This document shows, one piece after another, positions 21,645 through 31,297 of a stretch of DNA of 48,968 nt. The position numbers and the translations under genes are program-made. The DNA lies in the IMG/VR virus record IMGVR_UViG_3300045941_000175; one strand, given 5' to 3'. Every line of letters starts with the position of its first letter. The first letter of the stretch is position 1. Origin of the DNA: a virus. The notes beneath the pieces are model-generated. The model saw only the letters and a list, made by a program, of their open reading frames with translations. It was not told the origin of the DNA and ran no database searches.

Positions 21645-21816
21645 GGTGATAGTGGTAGCGCCGGTAGTTTTGATGGCGCGTGTGATAGCGCCTCACCATA
21701 TCGGACGTCTCATTCGGCACTATGCACTGCGGCGCGAGGCCGGTCGAACCGCTTTCGCCACCCCAGCCGGAGCCAAACGGGCTGACTTGCTGGTCTTCGG
21801 ATCCTGATTGCTGCAT
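21628..21816 (-). CDS. Hypothetical protein (62 aa)
   Basis: GGAGAG SD. It exactly fills the gap between the holin-like gene and the 77-aa gene. His/Tyr/Arg-rich tail. Confidence 0.4.
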   Translation of the reverse strand: MQQSGSEDQQVSPFGSGWGGESGSTGLAPQCIVPNETSDMVRRYHTRHQNYRRYHYHHAPDS

Positions 21817-21825
21817 TTCACTCTC

Positions 21826-21999
21826 CTACCGATGTAAAGGCGGGCCAAATATCTGCCAGCCGAGCAAGGCGAACAGGACAAACAACAGCACCGTGTTCGT
21901 GCCGAGCGCATACGCACCGCCGACAAAGCCGAAATGAACCAGCAAACCGAAGACGGCCCAAATCAGCATGAGTACCCAAAAGGCTAAACCCAACGTCAT
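21826..21999 (-). CDS. Two-TM small membrane protein, holin candidate (57 aa)
   Basis: GGGAGGA SD. MTLGLAFWVLMLIWAVFGLLVHFGFVGGAYALGTNTVLLFVLFALLGWQIFGPPLHR. Trimmed from track ORF 21826..22170. Confidence 0.45.
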   Translation of the reverse strand: MTLGLAFWVLMLIWAVFGLLVHFGFVGGAYALGTNTVLLFVLFALLGWQIFGPPLHR

Positions 22000-22009
22000 G
22001 ATTTCCTCC

Positions 22010-25000
22010 CTACGGGATACACGCATCCGAAAGTGTCCAATTATACGGGAAGGCTTCCACCCACGCCGACACCGTTTCGTCTTCGTCCCAAGCAGTTTCG
22101 CCGTTTCCTGTTGGGACATCGCTCCCCATGACAAGCATGGTGCCATCCGACAGCGCGACCATGACGACACACTCTGAGCCGGAGCTTGAGGTGCTTTTGC
22201 CGTAGGACATCACCTTGCTGATGGTCACGCCGGAGCCGCGAGTTACCGGAACTTCTACCGGGTTGGCAGTGTTGCTTTCCGACTGCGATGCGCCGTCGAG
22301 GAAGTCATTTCCCCAAGCGAGCAGCTTGTCGCTGGCGAGCAGCGCGTAGATTGCATACTCGCCCTGCGTCGTGGTGCAGCATGGACCGCAGGTAGACATG
22401 ATCTGTGCGGGTGTCCCGCTCAACAAACCTTGTGCTTGTGTCGGCGTCGAGATATTGCCGTCAGCCGTCGTGATCGGCAGGTTGTTGCCGCTTTTCTGTC
22501 CCCAGCAGTAGACCGCGCCGCTGGTTAGCTGACAGATAAAAGCGCCAACGTCAGAGCGGGAATGAGAATTAAAAATCCGCTCGACCGTGCCGTTGAGCGT
22601 CGATGCAACAGCGGTGCCAACGCCAACCTTGAGCGGATTGTTCTTGCTGACAATCGTGCCGTCGCCCATCTGGCCCTGTGCGCCATAGCCCCAAGCGTAG
22701 GCGCACTTGTCGGCGCACCGGAGGACGATGGTGTCCTGCGCTTGGATGAGAACGTCGATGCCTTGGTAATCGGACGGCAAGGTGCCGAAGCCGTCGGCAA
22801 CGGTATAGACCGGACGAAAGACGTTCTGTGAGCCGGTGCCTGTGTTGCGTCCGACCGCGCCAGCCCGCAACGCGCCAGCCAGCCGCAGCTTGCCGCTGGC
22901 GTCGAGGTAGGCGACGGAGCCTTGATTGCCGCCCGCCGCGACCACCTTCTTGCAGTCGGCCACTGCAACATTGCCCGCGCCGTCGTTTTTCAGGCATTGG
23001 GTCGGCACCAGCAGTTGCGTGGTGTTGCCCTGTGCCAGTTGGCCGAAGCCGTTGTAGCCGCAAGCCCAAAGCGTGTCGTCAGCGCAACGGAAATAAACCG
23101 ATGCAGCCGTCGCGCCAAATGCAGTGCCCTGACCGGTGTGAGCAATCTCGACCACTGCACGGCTTGCCCCGCCCGCAGAGCGCGGTGAGATGTTCGCGGC
23201 GGAGATCAGCGTCATCACCTGGATCGCGGTGCCTGCCGCGCCGCCAGTCGCACATTCACCTGTGATGTTCTTGCCGGAGACGCAAACGTCACCTTGGTCT
23301 GTCAGCACGTAGAGGTCGAAGCCGTTGTAAAAAAGCGAGACAGGCGTTCCCAGCAGACCGTTGGGCATTGCGATACTTGTAAGTTCAAAATTGGCGTACC
23401 CGTTTCGTGTTAGCCCCTGACCTTTCGCGGCGACCGTATTTGCGGCGGCAGAATTGACCGCAAACGGCACTCCGCTGGTGCGGACCTTTCCGTCCGCTGT
23501 GATGGCTGCCCAGAGGGAGTGGTCCTCATTCACATGCGACGTGAAGACAGACGGCATGGTGCTGTTGGGGAGCGCAGTCACGCGCTTGAACGCTGGAAGT
23601 TCGCTTCCAACTCCGGCTGCGGCAATAGCCGCCGTCACAAAGGCCGTCGTCGCAAGGGAGGTGTCATTGTCGCCAGCCGTCGGCGTCGGCGCTTGCGGAT
23701 TGCCGGTAAAGACCGGCGAGGCGAGCGGTGCCTTCGGGGCGAGGCCAGCGGTGAGGGAATTATCGACGTACTGCTTGGTGGCAACGCCGAGCGCGGCAGT
23801 CGGGTCGCCTTGAATGGTGATAAGGCCACTCTGCCGGTTAATGCTGAACGGCGACTCCGCTATGATCGCGCCAGCGTCGTCGTAGCGATAGATCACAAAA
23901 TTAGAACCGGCATTGCCGCCACTCTCAGCCGCGTTGTTGCCGGGGATGACAACCCAACGGTCTAAATCGTCCTTCTGACCGAAAAGATAACAAGCCTCAT
24001 CATCCGTCCTGTTCAACGTCAGTGCTGGCGACGCCTTGCTGATCGTCAAGTCACCCGTCATCGTGTCGCCGGACTTGGCAACCTTGTCGGCGGCCAATGC
24101 AGCAAAGCGGGCATCATCGCCAGCCGCAACGGTGCCTGCCGCCGTGCCGACGTCCTTGACCGCAGCGTCACCCAGCCCGAGGTTGTCACGCGAGGTTGAT
24201 ATGCTCGCCACGTCGGACAGATTGTTCGCGGCCAGCATGTCGCCGCCGCCGCCGCCGGGTCCGCCTGTGCCGTCGTTGCCCTTTTGCGCCAGAAGGTCCC
24301 AATCGGCCGGGTTCGCCGCCGGCGATTTGTTCGTGTTGCTGGTCTTTGCGATGTACGAGGTGCCGCCATCCTGGACGGCATCGTTCGGCGCATAGGCCGT
24401 CGCGCTATTCCACGGCCCTTGCCATTCGATTTTGGCAACCTCTGCCGCGCTCGCGGACGCTGCCGCCGCGCTGGCTGAACCAGCCGCCGCAACCGCCGCG
24501 GTTTCGGCATCCTCCGCATAGCCGGCCGCCAGCATGGACGAATTGGTCGCCGCCGCTTGTGCCGCCTGGGCCACATTGGCAGACGCCGCCGCGCCGGAAG
24601 CAGAATTGGCGGAATCATTCGCCGCTTGTTGCGCGGCATCGACGAGGCCGACCAAGGTTTCGGCGTCGGGAACCTCATCCTCCGGCGTGTAATCGGGAGC
24701 TCGCACGGCCCGCGAAATTCGATCATCGAGCCGCTGGCAGATTTTGGTCAGGCGATCGAGCGCTTGCTCATGGCTATCGGCCGGGAAATCATCGGCGTTG
24801 ATGTAGTGCGTTTGCTGAGTGATGTCGGGCGAATTGATGATGATAACGGTCACGCCGACCGGCGGCGCCACTGCAAAGGCGACTGTGCCGCCCGTCGGGT
24901 TCATGACCCCGGTCACGGTGTAGTCTGTGCCGATTATCTGCAGGGTGCCGTTGCTGGTTGCGTCATCGAACAACCAAACCTCGAGATCGTTCGACTGATA

Positions 25001-25081
25001 GAATTGGTACGGGTAGGAAAATTCCGTAACGACGCCATTGCCGGCGTATTCTTTCCTGGCTTCGGCTGCGGTGACGGTCAA
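22010..25081 (-). CDS. Tail fibre / receptor-binding protein (1023 aa) with RCC1-like repeats at the C-terminus
   Basis: Conserved fibre N-terminus (Y.GNG..TEF..P.......L.V.L...). Ala-rich coiled region, Gly run, GDTMTGDL, and PVFTGNPQAPTPTAGDNDTSLATTAFV. C-terminal WACGYNGFGQLAQG, YAWGYGAQGQMGDG, YCWGQ and LAWGND repeats. Confidence 0.8.
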   Translation of the reverse strand: MTVTAAEARKEYAGNGVVTEFSYPYQFYQSNDLEVWLFDDATSNGTLQIIGTDYTVTGVMNPTGGTVAFAVAPPVGVTVIIINSPDITQQTHYINADDFPADSHEQALDRLTKICQRLDDRISRAVRAPDYTPEDEVPDAETLVGLVDAAQQAANDSANSASGAAASANVAQAAQAAATNSSMLAAGYAEDAETAAVAAAGSASAAAASASAAEVAKIEWQGPWNSATAYAPNDAVQDGGTSYIAKTSNTNKSPAANPADWDLLAQKGNDGTGGPGGGGGDMLAANNLSDVASISTSRDNLGLGDAAVKDVGTAAGTVAAGDDARFAALAADKVAKSGDTMTGDLTISKASPALTLNRTDDEACYLFGQKDDLDRWVVIPGNNAAESGGNAGSNFVIYRYDDAGAIIAESPFSINRQSGLITIQGDPTAALGVATKQYVDNSLTAGLAPKAPLASPVFTGNPQAPTPTAGDNDTSLATTAFVTAAIAAAGVGSELPAFKRVTALPNSTMPSVFTSHVNEDHSLWAAITADGKVRTSGVPFAVNSAAANTVAAKGQGLTRNGYANFELTSIAMPNGLLGTPVSLFYNGFDLYVLTDQGDVCVSGKNITGECATGGAAGTAIQVMTLISAANISPRSAGGASRAVVEIAHTGQGTAFGATAASVYFRCADDTLWACGYNGFGQLAQGNTTQLLVPTQCLKNDGAGNVAVADCKKVVAAGGNQGSVAYLDASGKLRLAGALRAGAVGRNTGTGSQNVFRPVYTVADGFGTLPSDYQGIDVLIQAQDTIVLRCADKCAYAWGYGAQGQMGDGTIVSKNNPLKVGVGTAVASTLNGTVERIFNSHSRSDVGAFICQLTSGAVYCWGQKSGNNLPITTADGNISTPTQAQGLLSGTPAQIMSTCGPCCTTTQGEYAIYALLASDKLLAWGNDFLDGASQSESNTANPVEVPVTRGSGVTISKVMSYGKSTSSSGSECVVMVALSDGTMLVMGSDVPTGNGETAWDEDETVSAWVEAFPYNWTLSDACIP

Positions 25082-25099
25082 TGTTGCCTCCTATGTTCC

Positions 25100-28000
25100 T
25101 TACCGCCCTGCTTCGGCCGGCAGAGACAATGGCGCTGCTTTGCCTTTCTTGACAGTCACGCCGCCGGCGTCGACGGCGCCGCGGCCGCTTCGCCTGCCGC
25201 CGCCCTCATAACCCTGTGAGGCGGCCTGCAGGCTTATCGTCTTTAGCTGGTTTGCAAGCTGATTGGGATTAACAGATTCGCCGGCCCGCAGGATACGCTG
25301 GGCTTTCGGCCAATAGGTTTGAATGCTGCTAATCGGCATGACCTTGTTACGAGCCAATTGACCGCTCAATTCTCGCCCCACCTCCGGCGAGACCTTGTTG
25401 ATGACGTCGAGATAGGGCTGGGTGTCGACGATCGGCAGATATTTGTAGCCCGGAAGCCCTTGCACGATATTGGAATTGCGCGCCTCAATCGCGGTGTATT
25501 CGTTAAGCGCCTGCACCAGAATGTCGACCTTGCCCTTTTCGACCTTGATGCGAATGCTGGGATCGCGAAGCGTGGCCAGGCCGCCCTCCGCCAAAAGCCC
25601 GTTTTTCAGAGACCGCGTCACCGATGCGAGCGCAGAGGCGCGATCGAGCGGATGCAGTACCTTGGAAAGCGGCCCGCCCGCCGTTTGGTGAACACGCACA
25701 TAGTCGCGCTGTGCATCGTCGAGCGTGTTGAAATACGTGGTGGCGGCAACGGTGTCGCCATCCTTGACCAATTTGCTCATCGATTTATTGGCAACCGTCA
25801 GCCGGCCGCCGTTCTGCCCAATCTGATTATAGAGTTCGTTCATGGGCTCGCCCATGGCCATGCGATCTTTGACGAAAGCGCGCAACGCCGGCACGTCGCT
25901 GATCTTGAAATTGGCTTCCTGGCCAGAGAGCCCATTTATGAGGGACCGGCCAATTCCACCAATGCCGCCGAGCTCCCGCGGCCAATCCCCGAACATGCCC
26001 TGCATGAGATATTGCGCTTCCATCGGGGACCAGGCGGCCCCGATCATGGCGCCGACAACCGGAATGTTTTTGCGGAACCAATCACGCGCATCCTCCGAAT
26101 TCCAAATCATGTTCATGCCCTGGGCCAGGGCAACGTAGAATTTGTTGGTGTATTCATTGGCTTGCAGATGCGGCGCCACGCCCTGCAGGCTTTGCGACAC
26201 GATCGGCCGCTGAAAGAAACTATCGTAATTCGACGCCAGGCCGGTTGCCGTCTTGATCGCCGGCAATTCGAACGGGTTAGGAACGCTGAATGTGTAGCGC
26301 ATCGAGGCGAGGAATTTTACCGCTTGCTGCGGATCGCCGGAGTGCAGGAATTCAACCGCCTTCTCCGCCAGGTTGAAGGCAGTGCCAGGCTCCCAGGGCT
26401 TCGGAATGAAGATCCAGGCGCCTTGCATCCCCTCCGGCAAATTCACTGTGCCGCCGCCGAGCATGTCGTACACGCCTGCTTTGAGGAACGGCAGGCGGAA
26501 GATCCAGTTTTGCGAGCGCTGTTGCACCGAAAGCCGCTGATAGACCGGATCGTCTTGCCAGGCATAGGTGATGCCGGCCGAGATCGCCGCGAGTGCGCCG
26601 ATGCGGGGAATGAGAGTTTGCCGCAAGGCCTGTTGATACTCGGCCTGTTGCTTGGTGAAGGGCTTGAAGAACATGCCAGGCGAATTCGGGGTGCCGGAAT
26701 AGGTGCGGATGAACTTGTCGAGACCCTGAATGTTTGCGTTCATGAACGGCACCAGGCGCGACCACATTTCCATCTTTGAGCCCATGCGGCCGTAATCGAT
26801 GAAATCCCGCGCCTTCATTGCCGCATCAAACATGGCGTAACGCGGATCCCGATTGGCGGCGATATTGGCCTCATAGACCGCACGAAACAGCCCGACGCGA
26901 CCGGCGGTTTCCGATATTTCCATGCGCGACATAAGTTCCTTGACGTTGCCGATCCAAATTTGCTTGTGCGGTTCGACGCCGGCCACGCCCAGGGTCTTCG
27001 CCATTTCGACGCGGGACGCCTGCAGGGCGGATGGATTGAATTTGCTTTTCCCGATCGCCGGCGTCGTCTCGGTTGCTTCCTCGGTGAAGCGCTTAATCTG
27101 CCGTTCGAATTCGACCTGTTGCGTACTGCGGGAAAGACCTGAGGCGCCGACACCGCCGCGAATGCCGCCGGTCGACAAATACATGCGGTAAAAATCATCG
27201 CCCAAAAGATACGAGCGGCCGCCGCGGACAGCGTTCGCCAGGGCAAGCGTAGAAGCGTCAGCTTCCGGCACCAAAAGAAACTGCATGAAAGCGTCACGCA
27301 GCAGGTTTTTCGCCATGAAGGTCGGCGTCCCCGTTGCGCCGGTGCGCAGGGTTTGCGAGGTGAAGGTGAGCGTGTCCATCATAAGACCGCCGGCCTGTGC
27401 CCAGGTCGCCATGCCCTTCGGCCCGAGCGAATCCATCACCTCGACTAGGTGCTGCCCGAACAATCCATCCGGCAATCGCATGGCAAAGCGTTCGCCATTT
27501 TCCCAGCCGAAGATGATCGGCCGGCTGCCGGCCTTGATGGCTTCCTGGCGATAAAGCTTGGTGCGAATATCGGGACCGAGTTCGTGCTGCAGATTACGCA
27601 CAAGGCCCTTGGCGTCTTCCGGCATCCAGCCCGCGGCAGTCGCGGCCTTATAAACCGCCTCCTCGACGTTGATGTCCATTGCGCGCAATTCATTGCTCGG
27701 AATCATTTCGGCAATGCGAGCGCCTTCCTTGCCGCCGACCAGGTTCACCAGGTCACGCAATGCCCGGACGATCATATTCTGATGTGCTTGGTTGTTGATG
27801 TCGGCCAGGCGAACCATGAGGCTTTCGGTCGGGGAAAGAATGTCGCGGCCGGAACCGGTGCGCTTAAAGCGGCCAAGCTCCTCGAGCGGCTTGTCGCCAC
27901 GGAATGAACCGCCGACACCGAGCGATTCTGTGATACCGCTCATATCGCGATAGAGGTGCACAAATCGGTGATTCCGGTCGTGCATGATGTCGTTATAGGA

Positions 28001-31000
28001 CTCGGTCGTGCGCAGGCCATTCTCATGTTCAAGCTTGGCGACAAGCTTGTGGACGCCGTAGATCTCCTCGGCGTAACCACTCCACTCCGGATGCAACTTT
28101 TCAACTTGCGCAATCTTTTGCGCGGCTTCGCCATCGGTCAGCCCTGTGGGCATGCGCGTGAGATCAATCTCGCCATTCGACATTTGCCGGCGCAATTCGA
28201 TATGCCAGCGAGCCGTCAGATAGCCGTCAAAGGACTTGCGGCGGGCAAGATATTCCGCGGCGGTCGACACCTCCTTGCCGGTCAGAGGGTCGCTTGTGAC
28301 CTTGCGCAGGATACTAAAAACGGATGCGCCCTCCGGCGTCAGGTCGCGCATGCTTTGAATGCCGTAGGTGAGATCCATCACCGTCTTCTGGAAACCGGCG
28401 TCCCCGAGCACTTGCGCCAAAAGCCGCGGGTCCTGGTCCGGCCGCAGGTCGAGAAGCTTGCCGTGCTTCTTTTCGTATTCCTGGGCCAGGTAGCGGAACG
28501 CCACCGTTAGCGGATGCTGCTTGTTGACGTAGTTCCAATAGAAATTGGACATGGCTCGCGCCAGCGGACCGCGTTGCAGCGGATCGCCGGGGATTGGCGC
28601 CGGCACTTCGCCGTGTGTTCTGATAATCGCATCAACCGCTTGATCGGACGGCGCCGCATTCCAGCGTTCGAATGAGGCATGCGCATCATCGAGCGTTGCC
28701 AACAATTCCGGGTTCTCGCGGGCCATGGTCTCGCGAAAATCCTTCACGAATTTCGGGTCAATGCGCTCGAGACGTGCCCGATTGGTGACGTAGCCGGCCA
28801 TGAATTCGGCAAAGCCTTCCGAGCGCAATTCGGCGCCTTCCAGGCCTTCGCCCATCACGCCGGCAAAGGCGCGCATGCTTTCATCCTTGTTCTCAATCAA
28901 GGTCGTAATCGCGGGGACCCTGTCTTCGACCGCATGGCCAACTTCATGCGACCAGGTCGTAACCGCATCCGGACCGTCTTCTTTGATGCGAACGATTTTG
29001 GTGTCGTAGTTATAGGTCCCGAGTGCACCGCGTTCATGCACCCCCTTGCGCACAATCAGATCCAGCTTGTCGGAAATGCGCCGCATCATCTGGCGCAGGT
29101 TTTCAATCGGCGTTAGCGGGCCATGGAAATTGGCGCTCGCCACGCCTTCCCCTGGGCGGGTTTGGCCGGGTGGGCGACCAATGCCCTGCCCAGCCATCCC
29201 CTTCAATCGCTTGGCAATTCTGACTTCCTCTGCCGACGGAGCGACCCCTCCGCCGCCCTCCGGTGCAGCCGCGCCAGGGGCGCGTTCCCCTCCGGGTCCC
29301 ACTTCTCCAATTGCGCCGCCCTCGCCAGGTGTTGCTCTGGCGAAAGCACCTTCCTCGAAGCCTGGGAGGACGTCGCCTGGGTCGTGGGCGGTGCCGGTGA
29401 ACTTTTGTTCGGCAATGGCGGCGGCATGCTGATCGTACTCCCTCATAGCCCGGTCAAACGCGACCTCGGGGGTGATGTCCTTTTCGGTGTAGGCAATCTC
29501 GATTGCACGGTTGCGTATGTCCTTGGCGACTTTCTTGTCGACGCCCTTGAGTTGGCTGGGATGCTGGTTGACTTCCCGCAGGTGGACGTCGATCTCGTCC
29601 ATCGTCTGAATAAGCTTCGGATCGCGCCGCGCTTCGGCGGCCTGGGCCTTCGCCGTCTCGCCGGGATGGTAGTGCTTAACGCCCTTGTTTTCGTCGGCCA
29701 GGCGCTTGAGCACGTCATTGGGTGTCGACGTCGCCATGCCACCTGACTCAAGGCCTTCGTCCGGGATCCAGCCCTGTTGAACGGCCGCCTCGCGAATCTC
29801 ATCCAGCGACTTGCCGCCCTTCGCCCTTTTGCGCACCAGGTCGCTTTTGGTGTAGCCGTAGATTGCCTTGAGCTCCGGACCTGGCTCGATGCCGCCTTGC
29901 GAGCGGACCCATTGCGTGAAGGTTTGCGGCTCCTCGCCCTTGCGGGTCGCCTTGTCAAAATCGGTCAGGTTTTCGAAGACGCTTCTTTCCGCCGGCGCGG
30001 ATAGAATTTGCTGCGCTTCCGCCGGCGTCATTGTCTTGATTTGCTCCGGCGTATAGCCGCGCTCCGCCAGTTGCGCCCTCATGTCCTGCGTAATCATGAA
30101 GGGGATGCCTTCGGCGGTCGTTCGAATGTCCGGCGGGATTTCTTGCGCGGCCCTGGCAAACTCGGCCGGCAAAGACACGCGATCGCCCTTCGCCTCCGCG
30201 GCCGCAAAGGCTTCCGGCACATCGATGAAATGCGTGGCACCGGGGAATTCGTGGGTCGTGAACTGCAGCGCTTTGACGGCGTCGTCACCTTCGCCGGCGG
30301 CACGGAACAGCCGCACCGTACCCTCGGCGCCTTCCGGCATAGTGCCGACGGATACGCCACGATTGGCCGGCACCCCAGGAACCTCTTGCGCTGCACCAAC
30401 CTCGAATGTGTCGGCCGGCGCCCGCGGCGGCTCCGCCGGAATGTGCGGTTTGACCTCCGGCGTCAATTGCGGGCCGACCATGACACCGTCGATCATGTAG
30501 CGCTCGAGCGCCCTGGATCCGTAACGGAATAGCGCAGCGCCGCCATGACTTAGCGCGGCCAGGCCGCCGCCGAAGGCAAAGCCTTCCGGATAGGCCAGCA
30601 TTGCCTCGACCGGATCGAACTTCTTTCGCAGCCCGGCCTTGATTTGCTGATCCTGAATAACCGGATTGGCGGCGCCCTGAATTGCCGCCTGGCCAAAGCC
30701 GAAGGAAATCACACTCGACATGAGCGGATGCGCCGCCTGCCAGGCGGCATTGCCCCATTTGATCTCCGGGAAGACCAGGCCTTCGGGCGAGGCCATACCG
30801 CCCGCAAATTGGCCGGCCAGCGAATAGGCGCCTTCGACCAGGCCCTTCCAGGCCGGCATATTTTTATAGGCCAGATCGTCAGCCTGGATCTTGATGAGGT
30901 GATCCTTGGCGTCATTCTGGATGGCGTCGAAATTCACGTCCTTCGCGCCGGAAAGATCGACCGGCAATTCCGCGCCGGATGCGATGACGCCCTGCTCGAC

Positions 31001-31297
31001 GTCTTTCTGGAAGGCGGCGCGTTGCTCCGGCGTCATGTCCTTGGCTTGCTGCGCTGCACCTGCAGCAGCAGTCGCGCCGAGCAACGTCTTGCGGTGCATG
31101 TCCTGGAAATTCAGCCGGACGCGCTCCTCGCGCTCCTCGCCTGGCGTCAGTGGCGTGAATGGATCCGGTTTTTCGCCGGGCTTGGCGGCGACCTTGTTCG
31201 CCATCGTTTCGGAAAAATCGCCCGGCGCCGGCGGGACCGCGAAGCTGTCCGGCGTTCCTGGTAGCGACGGATCGACCTGATATGAGTCTTCCGCCAT
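25100..31297 (-). CDS. Giant virion-associated (internal/ejected, polyvalent-type) protein (2065 aa) with an embedded HExxH metallopeptidase-like motif
   Basis: Uninterrupted 6.2-kb ORF between the gp16-like gene and the tail fibre. ...TTWSHEVGHAVEDR... is encoded at 28934-28948. Confidence 0.75.
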   Translation of the reverse strand: MAEDSYQVDPSLPGTPDSFAVPPAPGDFSETMANKVAAKPGEKPDPFTPLTPGEEREERVRLNFQDMHRKTLLGATAAAGAAQQAKDMTPEQRAAFQKDVEQGVIASGAELPVDLSGAKDVNFDAIQNDAKDHLIKIQADDLAYKNMPAWKGLVEGAYSLAGQFAGGMASPEGLVFPEIKWGNAAWQAAHPLMSSVISFGFGQAAIQGAANPVIQDQQIKAGLRKKFDPVEAMLAYPEGFAFGGGLAALSHGGAALFRYGSRALERYMIDGVMVGPQLTPEVKPHIPAEPPRAPADTFEVGAAQEVPGVPANRGVSVGTMPEGAEGTVRLFRAAGEGDDAVKALQFTTHEFPGATHFIDVPEAFAAAEAKGDRVSLPAEFARAAQEIPPDIRTTAEGIPFMITQDMRAQLAERGYTPEQIKTMTPAEAQQILSAPAERSVFENLTDFDKATRKGEEPQTFTQWVRSQGGIEPGPELKAIYGYTKSDLVRKRAKGGKSLDEIREAAVQQGWIPDEGLESGGMATSTPNDVLKRLADENKGVKHYHPGETAKAQAAEARRDPKLIQTMDEIDVHLREVNQHPSQLKGVDKKVAKDIRNRAIEIAYTEKDITPEVAFDRAMREYDQHAAAIAEQKFTGTAHDPGDVLPGFEEGAFARATPGEGGAIGEVGPGGERAPGAAAPEGGGGVAPSAEEVRIAKRLKGMAGQGIGRPPGQTRPGEGVASANFHGPLTPIENLRQMMRRISDKLDLIVRKGVHERGALGTYNYDTKIVRIKEDGPDAVTTWSHEVGHAVEDRVPAITTLIENKDESMRAFAGVMGEGLEGAELRSEGFAEFMAGYVTNRARLERIDPKFVKDFRETMARENPELLATLDDAHASFERWNAAPSDQAVDAIIRTHGEVPAPIPGDPLQRGPLARAMSNFYWNYVNKQHPLTVAFRYLAQEYEKKHGKLLDLRPDQDPRLLAQVLGDAGFQKTVMDLTYGIQSMRDLTPEGASVFSILRKVTSDPLTGKEVSTAAEYLARRKSFDGYLTARWHIELRRQMSNGEIDLTRMPTGLTDGEAAQKIAQVEKLHPEWSGYAEEIYGVHKLVAKLEHENGLRTTESYNDIMHDRNHRFVHLYRDMSGITESLGVGGSFRGDKPLEELGRFKRTGSGRDILSPTESLMVRLADINNQAHQNMIVRALRDLVNLVGGKEGARIAEMIPSNELRAMDINVEEAVYKAATAAGWMPEDAKGLVRNLQHELGPDIRTKLYRQEAIKAGSRPIIFGWENGERFAMRLPDGLFGQHLVEVMDSLGPKGMATWAQAGGLMMDTLTFTSQTLRTGATGTPTFMAKNLLRDAFMQFLLVPEADASTLALANAVRGGRSYLLGDDFYRMYLSTGGIRGGVGASGLSRSTQQVEFERQIKRFTEEATETTPAIGKSKFNPSALQASRVEMAKTLGVAGVEPHKQIWIGNVKELMSRMEISETAGRVGLFRAVYEANIAANRDPRYAMFDAAMKARDFIDYGRMGSKMEMWSRLVPFMNANIQGLDKFIRTYSGTPNSPGMFFKPFTKQQAEYQQALRQTLIPRIGALAAISAGITYAWQDDPVYQRLSVQQRSQNWIFRLPFLKAGVYDMLGGGTVNLPEGMQGAWIFIPKPWEPGTAFNLAEKAVEFLHSGDPQQAVKFLASMRYTFSVPNPFELPAIKTATGLASNYDSFFQRPIVSQSLQGVAPHLQANEYTNKFYVALAQGMNMIWNSEDARDWFRKNIPVVGAMIGAAWSPMEAQYLMQGMFGDWPRELGGIGGIGRSLINGLSGQEANFKISDVPALRAFVKDRMAMGEPMNELYNQIGQNGGRLTVANKSMSKLVKDGDTVAATTYFNTLDDAQRDYVRVHQTAGGPLSKVLHPLDRASALASVTRSLKNGLLAEGGLATLRDPSIRIKVEKGKVDILVQALNEYTAIEARNSNIVQGLPGYKYLPIVDTQPYLDVINKVSPEVGRELSGQLARNKVMPISSIQTYWPKAQRILRAGESVNPNQLANQLKTISLQAASQGYEGGGRRSGRGAVDAGGVTVKKGKAAPLSLPAEAGR

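Noticed and set aside
22010-25081. Diversity-generating retroelement next to the tail fibre, expected by analogy with BPP-1-like phages
   Set aside because: No reverse-transcriptase-sized ORF or YxDD-type motif occurs anywhere. I could find no template or variable repeat pair near the 3' end of the fibre gene.
25319-26779. Long plus-strand ORF (486 aa) antisense to the 2065-aa gene. Similar cases are 41307..42458 (383 aa), 38344..39357 (337 aa), 7661..8653 (330 aa), 9176..10042 (288 aa) and 35625..36182.
   Set aside because: These are Arg/His/Gly/Pro-rich, low-complexity translations typical of antisense frames in GC-rich DNA. They have no SD and fully overlap genes with clear family motifs such as portal, capsid and PEP-CTERM proteins.
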